64,000 nucleotides of DNA from a bacterium (GCA_965261085.1 OZ253442.1:864001-928000); one strand, 5' to 3'. Positions 48,284-58,993 are shown, counted from the first letter of the stretch. Numbers and translations are program-made. Notes: a model not told the origin generated them from the sequence alone.

Positions 48284-49273
48284 ATGTCAAGAAGAATCAT
48301 TCCCGTCGTTTTCGCCGCTGTAGCGTTTCTCCTCGCTCATGGGGCCGCGCCCGCTCTGGGGGCCAAGAAAGTCATCATCAAGGTCGGCCACATGTACAGC
48401 AACAAGAACCCCACCCATTACGGAGCCATCGAATTCGGAAAAATACTCGACAAGCTCAGCAATGGAACCATGGAGGTGCAGGTGTTCCTGAAGGGCCAGG
48501 TCGGCGACGGCAAGACCCAGCTACAATCGGTTCAGTTGGGCGCCATTCAGGCGTCGTTCCAGGGTCTCACGCAGTTTCCCGCGTATGACAGCCTGAACCT
48601 CCCCTATTTCTGGAAGAGCACCAAGCACGTCCGCACCGTCGCCAACGGGCCTCTGTTCGAACGCTGGCGCAAGGAGTTCCTGAAAAAGCGCGGCACGATC
48701 ATGGTGAGCGTCATCAACCGGGGCGCGCGGCACGTGCTCTCGCGCAAGAAGCCTCTTAAAACGCTCGCCGATTTCAAGGGTCTCAAAATCCGCGTTCCGC
48801 AGGCGCCTCCCTGGGTGCTGGCCTTCCGGGGACTCGGCTCCAAGCCCACGCCGATGTCCTGGGCGGACGTGTATAACGCCATGCTGCTGGGCACGGTCGA
48901 CGCCATGGAGAACACCCTGGAGACGCTTTACACGAACAAATTCTACGAAGTGGGCAAACACCTGACGCTCACCTCGCACCTCTCCTCGACGTCGTACTTC
49001 ATGGTGAACGACAAGTGGCGAAAGGACTTGAGCAAGCAGCAGCGCAAGTGGTTCGACGACGCGCTGACCAAGGGAATCGCCCACGCGCAGAAGATCTACA
49101 CCGATCTCGAGAACGCCTACCTGGATAAGTTCAAGAAAAAAGGCGTGAAGATCTACAACATCAACGTGAACGAATTCGCCAAGAAAACCGCATCGGCTGC
49201 GGAGACCATCGGCACGAAGGGATGGGGCAAGGACTTCTTCGAGAAGGTCAAGGCGACGCGCTCGAAGTTCTAA
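48284..49273 (+). CDS. dctP: TRAP transporter substrate-binding protein
   Basis: DFKGLKIRVP, PTPMSWADVY.A...GTVDAMEN. Confidence 0.9.
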   Translation: MSRRIIPVVFAAVAFLLAHGAAPALGAKKVIIKVGHMYSNKNPTHYGAIEFGKILDKLSNGTMEVQVFLKGQVGDGKTQLQSVQLGAIQASFQGLTQFPAYDSLNLPYFWKSTKHVRTVANGPLFERWRKEFLKKRGTIMVSVINRGARHVLSRKKPLKTLADFKGLKIRVPQAPPWVLAFRGLGSKPTPMSWADVYNAMLLGTVDAMENTLETLYTNKFYEVGKHLTLTSHLSSTSYFMVNDKWRKDLSKQQRKWFDDALTKGIAHAQKIYTDLENAYLDKFKKKGVKIYNINVNEFAKKTASAAETIGTKGWGKDFFEKVKATRSKF

Positions 49274-49323
49274 AGCAAAAGTTTCTCAATGCGCGCAGGC
49301 TGGTCTGCACGCGCGCAGTCACG

Positions 49324-49364
49324 AAAAAAACACCGCCGGATATGGTGAGCCGGCGGTGTTTTTT
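49324..49364. terminator. bidirectional intrinsic terminator
   Basis: aaaaaaacaccgccgg...ccggcggtgttttttt between convergent dctP and dctM. Confidence 0.85.
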
Positions 49365-49373
49365 TGCTTCGTT

Positions 49374-50660
49374 CTAATCGACGGGCAGCAGCAGGTTCGG
49401 CAGCCACATGACGAGCGGCGAGTAGTAGACGATGGAGAACAGGGTGATGATGAGCGGAATATAAAACGGCGTAGTCGCCCGGACAATGGTCCAGAAGGGG
49501 ACTTTCGTGATGTCCGAGACGACGTAGAGCGCAAGGGCGAAGGGCGGCGTGAGGTTTCCGATAACGAGATTCAGCACCATGAACACGCCCAGGTGCACGA
49601 GGTCGATGTCCAGCGCCTGTGCGATGGGCAGCATGACCGGCGTGACGATGAGCAGCAGGGGGGTGGGTTCCATCACCATGCCGGCGATGAGCAGGAATAT
49701 GTTCAGCACGAAGAGGATGAGCCACTTCTCCTCTAAGGCGGTCATGAGGAAGTGGGCGAAAATGAAGGGAACCCGCTCGATGGTGATGAGGCGGGTGAAG
49801 ACCGAAGCGGCGGAGAATATGAACAAGACCACCGCCGTATAGATGATCACCGTCGAGAGGATGCGGGGGATGTCCGTGAGGCGGACCTCCTTGTAGACCA
49901 CCATTCCGAGGAACAGGGACCACGCCACGGCGAGCACGGCCGCCTCGGTGGGCGTGGTGGCGCCAGAGCCGATTCCGCCCAGGATGATCGCCGGGGTCAG
50001 CAGGGCCAGAAAAGCGGAGCGGAAGCTCTTCCATATCTGGGCGAGAGAGGCGCGTGGGTACTTCTTGTATCCCCGCTTGCGGGAGATGAAATAGACGATC
50101 ACCATCATCGCGCCGCCCATGAAGAAGCCCGGAATCACGCCGCCTAAAAAGACGCGCCCCGCCGATTCCTCGGCGATGCTCGCGTATATCACCATGATGA
50201 TGCTGGGCGGGATGATGGGCCCGATGCACGAACTCGCGGCCGTAACGGCCGCCGAGAAAGGCTTGTCGTAGCCCTCCTTGGTCATGCCCTCGATTTCCAC
50301 GCGGCCCAGCCCCGCCGCATCGGCCAGCGCGGAGCCGGACATGCCGGCGAAGATGATGCTGGCGACGATGTTCGCGTGTCCCAGGCTCCCGGTGAAATGG
50401 CCGACCAGCGTTTTGGCGAAGTCGAAAATCCGGTCCGTGACCTTCGCGATGTTCATGATCTGGGCGGCGAAGATGAACAGCGGAATGGCGATGAGCGAAT
50501 AGTGCTCCAAAGAGCCGATCATGATGCTCGCCAGGAAGGTGATCGGCATCTCGGAGAGGAACGTCAGATAAAACAGACAGGTGAATACCAGGGCCATGGC
50601 TATCGGGGTGTTGAGGGAGAGGAAGACGAAAAACAGGATAACGAGTATCAGGGCGTTCAT
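49374..50660 (-). CDS. dctM: TRAP transporter large permease
   Basis: AIPLFI, SGSALADAA, GPIIPPSI, TPTEAA, LTPP. Confidence 0.92.
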   Translation of the reverse strand: MNALILVILFFVFLSLNTPIAMALVFTCLFYLTFLSEMPITFLASIMIGSLEHYSLIAIPLFIFAAQIMNIAKVTDRIFDFAKTLVGHFTGSLGHANIVASIIFAGMSGSALADAAGLGRVEIEGMTKEGYDKPFSAAVTAASSCIGPIIPPSIIMVIYASIAEESAGRVFLGGVIPGFFMGGAMMVIVYFISRKRGYKKYPRASLAQIWKSFRSAFLALLTPAIILGGIGSGATTPTEAAVLAVAWSLFLGMVVYKEVRLTDIPRILSTVIIYTAVVLFIFSAASVFTRLITIERVPFIFAHFLMTALEEKWLILFVLNIFLLIAGMVMEPTPLLLIVTPVMLPIAQALDIDLVHLGVFMVLNLVIGNLTPPFALALYVVSDITKVPFWTIVRATTPFYIPLIITLFSIVYYSPLVMWLPNLLLPVD

Positions 50661-50676
50661 GCAGACTCCTTCGCGA

Positions 50677-51345
50677 TCACACCGCCGGGGAACTCCGGTG
50701 GCCCAGTTCCGCTTTGCCTATCGTCAGGGCCCATATCTGGCGTCCCGAGTGGATGACCATCAGGGTCATTCCTATGGGAAACGATGCGCTTTGGTAGGTT
50801 TGCGGGAACTCGAGCGCCGGGGAAGGATAGGTCCATTCCAGAATGGCCACCAGGGTTCCCTGATAAATGAGCAGCAAGAGAGTGAAGAAGATGAGAATCT
50901 CGATGGTGACGTGAATTTTTCGCTGCAAACGCAACGGAAGCTGGCCGACGAAAGTCTCCATGGTCAGTTTTTCACCGTGCTTGTATCCGAGTGCTGCGCC
51001 GATGAAAACGCCCCAATGAAAGCAGAGCAGCGTAATTTCCTCGGCCCATACGATGGGGTCGTCCAGAATGTATCTGAAATACACTTGCATGAACACGAGA
51101 TATCCGATGGCCGCCAGGAAGGGATACGCCAGAAGTTCCTCCAGATTACGCAGCAGGTAACCCCCGCCTTCCATCTTCACCTGGCGGACGGCGTATATGA
51201 CGACGCCCGCGAGCAGGATGACGGGGAGGATGTAATGAAAAACGGGGATGCTGATCAGGATGAGCGTCGGCTGGATGAGGGTGTAGAACACCCACGAGGA
51301 TATCCAGAATATCACCTGGAAAGGTAAAGCCATCCACTCCGACAC
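50677..51345 (-). CDS. dctQ: TRAP transporter small permease
   Basis: QVYFRYIL...WAEE; extra N-terminal hydrophobic segment. Confidence 0.8.
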   Translation of the reverse strand: MSEWMALPFQVIFWISSWVFYTLIQPTLILISIPVFHYILPVILLAGVVIYAVRQVKMEGGGYLLRNLEELLAYPFLAAIGYLVFMQVYFRYILDDPIVWAEEITLLCFHWGVFIGAALGYKHGEKLTMETFVGQLPLRLQRKIHVTIEILIFFTLLLLIYQGTLVAILEWTYPSPALEFPQTYQSASFPIGMTLMVIHSGRQIWALTIGKAELGHRSSPAV

Positions 51346-51462
51346 GGAATAACCCCCTTATGGGGAAACGAGTGTCCAATGCCCAGTATTTCGCTTTTAC
51401 AGCATGTATCCCTTGTACAGAAGCGTAGAACCAGGGTCAACCGGGCGTTGACACGGAGTCGA

Positions 51463-52563
51463 CTAGAGGTCTCGCCACGGTTCGATGACGGTTTTGACCT
51501 GTTCTTCTTCGGGAAACTCTCCGCCCGTGATGCGCACGGCGCGCTCCGCCTCGGCGAGAGGGAAGCGGTGGGTCACCATCTCCGAGAAGGGATAGGGCGA
51601 GTTCGCCGCGAAATCGAGCGCGCCCCGCACGGCGTCGCTCGTGTGGCTGTATGCGCCCTGGATGCGTATTTCGCCCCACACCAGGGGGTCCAGATCCAGA
51701 GCGCCCTCCTTGCCGCCGGTGAGTCCGGCCAGCACCACCGTACCCAGCCTGCGGACGAGCCTGGGCGAGAGGCCCGCAGCGGCGGGGCTTCCCGTCACGT
51801 CGAGGACTACGTCCGCCATCCGGCCGCCCGTGAGCTTGCGGACTTCCTCTACGGGGTCTGCGGCCTCGACCTCGATGGTGTGGTCCGCGCCGAAGCGTTT
51901 CGCCGTTTCCAGGCGCTTCGCGTCACGCGCGAGGCCGGTGAGGATCACCTGTCCCGCGCCTGTGTGTTTCGCCACCGCGCACGCGCAAAGACCCTGGGGA
52001 CCCGGGCCTTGCACCACCACGGTGTCTCCGACTGAAATTCCGCCCAGATCGTGCGCCCACCGCACCCCGTTCGCCAGCACGGCGGTGATGAGCACGGCGG
52101 ATTCATCGGTGAGTCCCTCGGGCGCCTTGTGGATTCCCACCCCCGGCGGCAGGTAGACGTATTGCCCGTAAGCGCCCCACAGGTGCGGCGGCGCTTCGCA
52201 GGAGCGCCCGCTGCCGTAGATCATGGCGTCCTTACACAGGCGGCGGTTTCCGGTGTGGCAGTACCAGCACTGGTTGCAGCCCACCTGCGCTTCCACCACG
52301 AGGCGGTCGCCCTCTTTCACGCCCAAGCGTTTTTGGACGTTTTTGCCGACCTTGGCGAGGCGGCCCACCATCTCGTGGCCCATGATGATGGGGTAGCTCC
52401 ACCGGTGGGCGACCTTGCCGCCGAAGTATTTATAATCAGACGAGCAAACGCCCACCATGTCGACCCGGAGCAGGCCGTCCTCATCCCCAATCTCGGGCAG
52501 AGGAAATTCCTGCAAGCTGATTTTGCCGGGCGTCTCTACGACGGCAGAAACCTCATGCGTCAT
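51463..52563 (-). CDS. zinc-binding alcohol dehydrogenase (MDR family)
   Basis: GVCSSD, GHE, C..C..C.......C, GPGPQG. Confidence 0.9.
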   Translation of the reverse strand: MTHEVSAVVETPGKISLQEFPLPEIGDEDGLLRVDMVGVCSSDYKYFGGKVAHRWSYPIIMGHEMVGRLAKVGKNVQKRLGVKEGDRLVVEAQVGCNQCWYCHTGNRRLCKDAMIYGSGRSCEAPPHLWGAYGQYVYLPPGVGIHKAPEGLTDESAVLITAVLANGVRWAHDLGGISVGDTVVVQGPGPQGLCACAVAKHTGAGQVILTGLARDAKRLETAKRFGADHTIEVEAADPVEEVRKLTGGRMADVVLDVTGSPAAAGLSPRLVRRLGTVVLAGLTGGKEGALDLDPLVWGEIRIQGAYSHTSDAVRGALDFAANSPYPFSEMVTHRFPLAEAERAVRITGGEFPEEEQVKTVIEPWRDL

Positions 52564-52593
52564 GGCGGCCTCCTGTAAATCTATTGCGCCGCG

Positions 52594-53250
52594 TCAATCG
52601 GTGTCGAACTTCTGCGCGAGGCGGGGGAAGAGGTCGCGCATCGATTCGCCCTCGGCGATGCGCCCTTTGACCTCTTGTTCTATGTCGCGAATCCGGATGA
52701 CCTGCCGCTTCACCTGTTCCAGCGAGCTTTGCGGAACGACGGCCACGCCGTCGATATCCGCGACGATGATGTCCCCGGGTTCCACGCGCACACCGCAGCA
52801 GGTGACGGGGGCGTTTTTCTCCACGACTTCCAGGCGTTTCGGGAAGGCGAGGCTCCACACCGATTTGCTGAACACGGGAAAATCGAGTTCGCGCAGCGCT
52901 TCCAGATCGCGCGTCGCCCCGTCGATCACGCAGCCGACGGCGCCGCGCCGTTTGCAGACGCTGCTCGCGCCCCCGCCCCAGACGGCCAGAGGAGAACTTG
53001 CTGCGTCGACGACGACCACCGAGCCTGCGGGCACTTCTTCCACCGCGTCATAGAGGCTGAACAGAGCCTTGGCTCCCGGGTCTCGCACCGGAGCGAACAC
53101 CATCGTGGCGGCCGGTCCTGCGAATCGAGGGTAGTTCTCGGGGGCGTTGGGCCGGGGGCCTTCCATGATGAGGTTGAGCCCCAACGCCGTTGAGGCGTCG
53201 CCGAGCGTCGCCGTGTCGACATCTGAGAAAAAAGCCGCGTCCGAGTTCAT
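52594..53250 (-). CDS. RraA/HMG-CHA aldolase family protein
   Basis: TATLGDA, VWGG, IDGATRD, V.PGDIIVADIDGV; RBS aaggag. Confidence 0.85.
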   Translation of the reverse strand: MNSDAAFFSDVDTATLGDASTALGLNLIMEGPRPNAPENYPRFAGPAATMVFAPVRDPGAKALFSLYDAVEEVPAGSVVVVDAASSPLAVWGGGASSVCKRRGAVGCVIDGATRDLEALRELDFPVFSKSVWSLAFPKRLEVVEKNAPVTCCGVRVEPGDIIVADIDGVAVVPQSSLEQVKRQVIRIRDIEQEVKGRIAEGESMRDLFPRLAQKFDTD

Positions 53251-53544
53251 CCGCATCTCCTTTATATACCGGCGCCGTTGCTTCCAGGCGCGCATCGCTT
53301 CATGTCCAGGGTAGGGCCAGTATAATCGTTTCAGGAGAAAAATACATGGGAAGCCTATCCCTCGACCGACTTCCCACATCAACCGCGGTGGCGTTCACCG
53401 CGACCCGGGTTGTGTAGATTTCCGTCGTCTTCAAATCGGACCTTTCATCCACCATGCGCCGCAAACGCCTAAGGCTGAGGTGAACAAACCCCCCCGTTCG
53501 GGCTAAGATGCAGCCATCGTCCAGATTTTTTGAACGGGAAACTC

Positions 53545-55569
53545 ATGAGCCAGGAATCATTTATGGGGGAAATCGACCCCATATCCTTAGAAGTCATCAA
53601 CGAATCCTTCGTCGCCGTCGTCCGGGAAATGCGGGCGAACATGGTGCGGACGGCGTATTCCTCCATCATCTACGAGGGGCACGATTTCTCCTGCGTGCTC
53701 GTGGACGGTGCGGGGCAACTCGTCGCCATGGCGGAGGACAACCCCGTCCACATCTTCCCCGTTCCCATGGAAGTCGCCCAGATGATTGAGCGCTTCGGGG
53801 GTGACATCCACCCGGGCGACGTATTCATCCACAACGACCCCTATACGGGCGGAACGCACTTGAACGACGTGGCGATCATCTCGCCTCTGTTCGATGGCGA
53901 GCAAATGGCTATCTACCCCGTCGTCCGCGCGCACTGGGGCGACGTGGGCGGCACGACGCCGGGGAGCATTTCAGGGAAAAACACCGAAATTCTCCACGAC
54001 GGGGTGCGCATCCCCATATTGCGGATCATCGAGAAGGGAAAGATCAACCAGGGCGTTCTCGACCTCCTGCTTCACAACATGCGGGTTCCGGACGAGAGGC
54101 GGGGGGATTTCTTCGCTATGCTGGCCACCTGCCACACGGCCCACAAACGGCTGGAGGAGTTGGCGGCGAAATACGGCTGGGGCGTCATACTCGCCGCGAA
54201 GGATCGCCTGCTCGATCGCGCCGAAGCCTCCATGCGGCGCAGAATCGCCGCCCTGCCCGAGGGAGAATCCATCTATGAGCATTTCATGGATCACGACGGG
54301 CATTCCCTCGAGCCGATACGCATCCGGGTGCGGGTCGAGAAAACGGGCGATGAGTTGATAGTCGATTTTCACGGAACCGACCCGCAGACGAAAGGAGCCT
54401 ATAACGTAGGTCCCGCCATGGCTCCATCGGCCGCCTTCAGCGTCATCAAGGCGTTCTTCGATCCCAAGGGCGCGATCAACCACGGGGCCTTTCGTCCGCT
54501 CGCCATCCGGGTAGAGCCCGGCTCCCTGCTTTCGGCGCGATACCCTGCGAGTTGCGCGGGCTCGATGGAGGTGAGCCACGCCGTGGTCTCGGCTCTTATC
54601 GGCGCCACCGCGCGCTTTGCGTCGGATGTTGTGACGGGCGATTTGAAGGGCACTTCGAACCACGTCTACATCGGCGGGAGGGACGCGCAAAGCGGCAAAC
54701 CCTTCCTGTTCTACGAGTTTCCGGCGGGAGGCACGGGTGGATTTGCGGAGAGCGACGGCAACAACGCGACGCGGAACTTCACGGAAGGGGATTTCGCCTC
54801 GATCCAATCGGTGGAGGTCATCGAGCAGGGCCAGCCCTTGAAGATTCGGGAACTCTCCCTGCGCGCGGATTCGGGCGGGGCCGGCGCTCATAGAGGCGGG
54901 CTGGGCCTTCACCGCGAGGTGGAGGTGCTGGCGGAGAGCGCGCTCCTCTCGATCTCCTCGGATAAGAACGTGATCCCGCCCTTCGGGGTGCTCGGAGGCG
55001 GACCGGGAAAGCCCAATCGCTTCGTCGTCGAAAGGGGTGATGAGACTCTGGCGCCTTCTGAAACCCCTGGCAAGGCGGCGGGTTTTCCGCTTGGGAGAGG
55101 AGACGTGCTCGTTGTGGAGACATCCGGCGGAGGCGGCTATGGCGATCCGTTCAAGCGGGAGCCCGAGTCGGTTCTCGCCGACGTGCGTGCGGGTTACGTG
55201 ACTGAAGAGGGGGCGAGACGCGATTACGCCGTCATCGTGCAAGACGGCGTCCTGAATGATGAGGCGACGCGCGCGCACAGGCAGGCCGCCCGCGCGACAA
55301 GACGCGCGCTGAGGCTCGTTCTCACCGATGAAAAAAACCGGGCGGATTCTCGCCGCAGGTGTTATATGAATCCGGCGACGCTTGCGGGGCGGAATCTTAA
55401 GCAAGGGGATTTGGTCGAATTGCGCGGAAAATGGGGGGTGCCGCTCCGCGCGTGGACCGAAGAGGATGCGGACGTGCCCGAGAACGCGGTGGGTCTGGAT
55501 AAGGACGGGGTGGCCATACTCGCCGCCGAGGAGGGAGATGCAGTCTTTCTGTCTCCCGTGAGCGTGTGA
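53545..55569 (+). CDS. hydantoinase B/oxoprolinase family protein with C-terminal extension
   Basis: RTAYSSIIYE..DFS, NDPYTGGTHLND, DSGGAG..RGG, GGGGYGDP. Confidence 0.9.
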   Translation: MSQESFMGEIDPISLEVINESFVAVVREMRANMVRTAYSSIIYEGHDFSCVLVDGAGQLVAMAEDNPVHIFPVPMEVAQMIERFGGDIHPGDVFIHNDPYTGGTHLNDVAIISPLFDGEQMAIYPVVRAHWGDVGGTTPGSISGKNTEILHDGVRIPILRIIEKGKINQGVLDLLLHNMRVPDERRGDFFAMLATCHTAHKRLEELAAKYGWGVILAAKDRLLDRAEASMRRRIAALPEGESIYEHFMDHDGHSLEPIRIRVRVEKTGDELIVDFHGTDPQTKGAYNVGPAMAPSAAFSVIKAFFDPKGAINHGAFRPLAIRVEPGSLLSARYPASCAGSMEVSHAVVSALIGATARFASDVVTGDLKGTSNHVYIGGRDAQSGKPFLFYEFPAGGTGGFAESDGNNATRNFTEGDFASIQSVEVIEQGQPLKIRELSLRADSGGAGAHRGGLGLHREVEVLAESALLSISSDKNVIPPFGVLGGGPGKPNRFVVERGDETLAPSETPGKAAGFPLGRGDVLVVETSGGGGYGDPFKREPESVLADVRAGYVTEEGARRDYAVIVQDGVLNDEATRAHRQAARATRRALRLVLTDEKNRADSRRRCYMNPATLAGRNLKQGDLVELRGKWGVPLRAWTEEDADVPENAVGLDKDGVAILAAEEGDAVFLSPVSV

Positions 55570-55620
55570 GCGGGTTCTTTGATTTTGGAAATTTTACGCC
55601 GAACCGGCGAAGATGACTTG

Positions 55621-56190
55621 TTATCTTGCGAGCAGGACTCGCAAGGCTTCCGTCGATTCCCTGCTTTGCGCCACGGTTTCCCGTAGCGCTTCTCTAGACT
55701 CTCGGTCTTGTTCTCTGCCTGCCGCGATAAACTCTTTGAAAGCCGCCCGAGATTCCTTATTTTCTTCGATGAACTCTCTGAAAGCCGCCCTTGATTCCCC
55801 GTTCTCTTCGATGAGTTCTCTCAGGGCTTCCCTGGATTCACTGCGTTCTTTTCTGCCTTCCTCGATGAGTTCTCTCAGGGCTTCGCTGGATTCACTGCGT
55901 TCTTTTCTGCCTTCCTCGATGAGTTCCCTGAAACCATCCCTGAAAGCCGCCCTGGACTCCTTGCCTTCCTCGATTGACTCTCTAAGATTTGCCCTGGATT
56001 CCCTGCCTTCCTCAATGAGTTCTCTTAGCGCCACGGAATTCTCGTCCTGCTGTTTCGAGCGGACTCTGTTCCCCCAGAGCATCGCGGCGATTCCGCTGCC
56101 TATCAGGAGACATTGCAGCCCTCCGACACTGGCGACAACCCAGATATTCAATTCCATTAACGCTAATGTCGCTGCTTGAAATTCCGTCAT
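55621..56190 (-). CDS. membrane-anchored coiled-coil repeat protein
   Basis: N-terminal TM, then about 9 units of ES(R/S)xA(L/F)RE.IEE (14/18 aa); 54-bp near-identical DNA repeats. Confidence 0.7.
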   Translation of the reverse strand: MTEFQAATLALMELNIWVVASVGGLQCLLIGSGIAAMLWGNRVRSKQQDENSVALRELIEEGRESRANLRESIEEGKESRAAFRDGFRELIEEGRKERSESSEALRELIEEGRKERSESREALRELIEENGESRAAFREFIEENKESRAAFKEFIAAGREQDRESREALRETVAQSRESTEALRVLLAR

Positions 56191-56472
56191 TTCCCCACGC
56201 ACTCCTTAAGGACTAGGACATGAACTCGGGTCCTCTGGAACGCTAGTACATTAAAATCATATCGTTTTGCAGCGATTTCCTCAACTTGGTCCAAGCGCAT
56301 TCGAGCATCATATTCCACCGGAAAATCCAGCTTGAGCGCGAGCAATTCCCCAAAGAACCTTTGGGTAACCGACGAACCAATGTATCATCGCCCTTTGCGT
56401 TTTCTAAAATGGGTTCGCGAGTCGCCATGAGTGCGTTTTTCTTTATATGACGATGAAAGGAAGGCCGTTTCG

Positions 56473-58497
56473 TTGAGTCTCGTCGGCATAGACACCGGAG
56501 GAACCTTCACCGACCTCGTTTTCTACGATGAAGACGAGAAGCGGATAGAAGTCTCCAAGACTCCCACGCTTCGGGGGAAAGAAGACACGGTCTTTCTCGA
56601 GGGAATCGAGAGTCTCGACCTCTCCGCCATCGAGCGGATCACGCACGGCACCACCGTCGGCACCAACGCGATACTGGAAGGCGCGGGCGCGCGCGCGGCG
56701 ATTCTGACGACGCGCGGTTTTCGCGACGTTCTGGAAATCGGCCGGACGCAGCGCCTCGTGCCCCAGAGCCTCTTCGACCCAAAATTCGTTCGACCCCGGC
56801 CTATCGTCCCCAGAGAGTTGCGGCTCGAAATCGAAGAGCGCGCCCTGGCCGATGGGCGGATAGAAGTCCGCGTGGAAGAAGCGGAGGTCGAGGAGCAGGC
56901 TGAACACTTGAAGCGCCTGGGTGCGCAAGCCGTCGCCATCTGCTATCTGCACGCCTACGCCAACGGGGAGAACGAAAGGCGCACGGCGGAGTATCTGGAG
57001 AAAATGCTGCCGGGGGTGTATCTCTCCCTATCCCATGAGGTCGTGCCCGAATACCGCGAATTCGAGCGTTTCTCCACGGCGGCCTTGAACGCCTATCTCG
57101 GCCCCAAGATAAGAAACTATGTGAGTCTTCTGGAAGGAGCGCTTCGCGAGAAAGGGTGCCGCGCGCCCCTTTTCATCATGGCTTCGAACGGCGGGATGCT
57201 CGACGCCGGGCGGGCGACGCAGTTCCCCGTACGCACGATTCTCTCAGGCCCTGCGGGCGGCGTCGTGGGCGGAGTGTCGGTTGCCGAATCGCTGGGTCTT
57301 GCTCACCTCATCACTTACGACATGGGCGGCACCAGTACGGACGTATGCCTCATTCGCGATCGCAGGCCCATCGTCAGCACGAGCAACCTCATCGGCGCCT
57401 ATCCGCTCAAGACTTCGCAACTCCAGATCAACACCGTGGGCGCGGGCGGGGGGAGCATCGCCTGGCGTGATGAAGACGGCGCGCTGCACGTGGGTCCAAA
57501 GAGCGCGGGCGCGCGCCCGGGGCCTGCGTGCTACGGATTCGGCGGCGAGGAGCCGACGGTGACGGACGCGAACGTCGTGCTCTCGCGCATCGGCCCCCGC
57601 ACCCTCCTGGCCGGGGGGATGAAGCTCCATCCCGAAAAGGCGCGGAGCGCTCTCGGGGCCTTGGCCGGTGAACTGGGGGTCGGCGACGCGGTTTCGATGG
57701 CGCGCGGGGTGATCGACCTCGCCGTAATGAGGATGGTGAGCTCGATTCGTGAGATTTCCATCGAGCGCGGCTTCGACCCGAGAGAACACACCCTGCTCGC
57801 CTACGGGGGCGCGGGGCCGTTGCACGCGGCCTTGATTGCAAGAGAACTCTCCATGTCGAGCGTCGTGGTGCCGCGCTTTCCGGGGAATTTTTCCGCCGTC
57901 GGCCTTCTGATGGCGGACGTGGTGCAGGAGAGCGTCGGGACGTGTTTCGTCGCTTTGGAAAACGCGGAACAAAGCGCCCTCGAACGCATTCTTAAAGATT
58001 TGACGGCGCCTTGCGCGAGCCGTCTGCGCGCCGCCGGGTTGGATGGGATTCAAACGCTGCGCTCTGCCGACGTCCGCTACGTCGGACAGGCGTTCGAGCT
58101 CACGATTCCGGTTTCTGAAACCCCCGGCTGGCTGAAAGCCTTGGGCGGTGAGTTCCACGCGCGCTACGAGGCGCGCTACGGGCATTGCCATCCCGGCGAT
58201 CCGCTCGAGATCGTGAACCTGCGGGTGCGTGTCTCGGGGCTGGTGGATAAGCTCAAGTGGGTGAAATTAGAGAAGCGCGCAGGCGGGCTGGATGACGCGC
58301 TGGTGGAGAGAAGAAGCGTCGTTTTTGAGAATAATGTTCCCGATTGTCCCGTCTACAGGCGCGATTCCCTACCGGTTGACCTGGAAATTCACGGGCCTGC
58401 GGTCATCGAGGAATACGGCTCGAACACCCTGGTTCCTCCCGGCTGGCTCGTGCGCCTGGACGCACAAGGTCATCTTCACTTAAGCGCATCGAGTTGA
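56473..58497 (+). CDS. hydantoinase A/oxoprolinase family protein
   Basis: DTGGTFTD, HGTTVGTNA, SGPAGG, DMGGTSTD, PGPACYG; TTG start after aaggaagg. Confidence 0.92.
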   Translation: MSLVGIDTGGTFTDLVFYDEDEKRIEVSKTPTLRGKEDTVFLEGIESLDLSAIERITHGTTVGTNAILEGAGARAAILTTRGFRDVLEIGRTQRLVPQSLFDPKFVRPRPIVPRELRLEIEERALADGRIEVRVEEAEVEEQAEHLKRLGAQAVAICYLHAYANGENERRTAEYLEKMLPGVYLSLSHEVVPEYREFERFSTAALNAYLGPKIRNYVSLLEGALREKGCRAPLFIMASNGGMLDAGRATQFPVRTILSGPAGGVVGGVSVAESLGLAHLITYDMGGTSTDVCLIRDRRPIVSTSNLIGAYPLKTSQLQINTVGAGGGSIAWRDEDGALHVGPKSAGARPGPACYGFGGEEPTVTDANVVLSRIGPRTLLAGGMKLHPEKARSALGALAGELGVGDAVSMARGVIDLAVMRMVSSIREISIERGFDPREHTLLAYGGAGPLHAALIARELSMSSVVVPRFPGNFSAVGLLMADVVQESVGTCFVALENAEQSALERILKDLTAPCASRLRAAGLDGIQTLRSADVRYVGQAFELTIPVSETPGWLKALGGEFHARYEARYGHCHPGDPLEIVNLRVRVSGLVDKLKWVKLEKRAGGLDDALVERRSVVFENNVPDCPVYRRDSLPVDLEIHGPAVIEEYGSNTLVPPGWLVRLDAQGHLHLSASS

Positions 58498-58571
58498 TTT
58501 ATCTTAGGGGATTATAAACATCACTCGACAGCGGGATTCCGAGCTTTGGATTCGAAAGGGAACGATGTATT

Positions 58572-58993
58572 CACTCCCCCTTGGAGGGGGTTGTTGAAAA
58601 AGCCCCCAAAGGAAAAATGCCTGCGGCGCATAATATCTCCCTCCCCCTGAGCAACTCGCCGCTCCGCCTCACCCTGAGTAGCGGCGAAGCCGCGTATCGA
58701 AGGGCGAAGTTCGCACCTGTGGGGGGAGACGCGCCCTCCCATCCTTCGATACGGCGCATGCGCGCCTACTCAGGATGAGGTCGATACGGTGGCCATGCAA
58801 GACGAGGGAAACGCGCTTGCTCCCTGGACCAGGTTTTTCAAAAACCCTTGGAGGGGGAGTCGGCAAGGTAAGGGCGAAGCCCGCAACCGCGCCGGTGGGG
58901 AGCAGGTTCTCCTCACTTGAAATCCATCCCCCCACCGCATCAGCCTTCGCCCACAGGGCTTGGCTTCTGCGACTCCCCCTCAAGGGGGGAGTG
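58572..58993. mobile_element. family-A REP/MITE interrupted by a TIR MITE (58588-58847) that holds a third palindrome (58667-58780)
   Basis: TIR gggttgttgaaaaa/tttttcaaaaaccc, flanking ttggag duplication; inner cctcaccctgagtag...ctactcaggatgagg. Confidence 0.75.
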
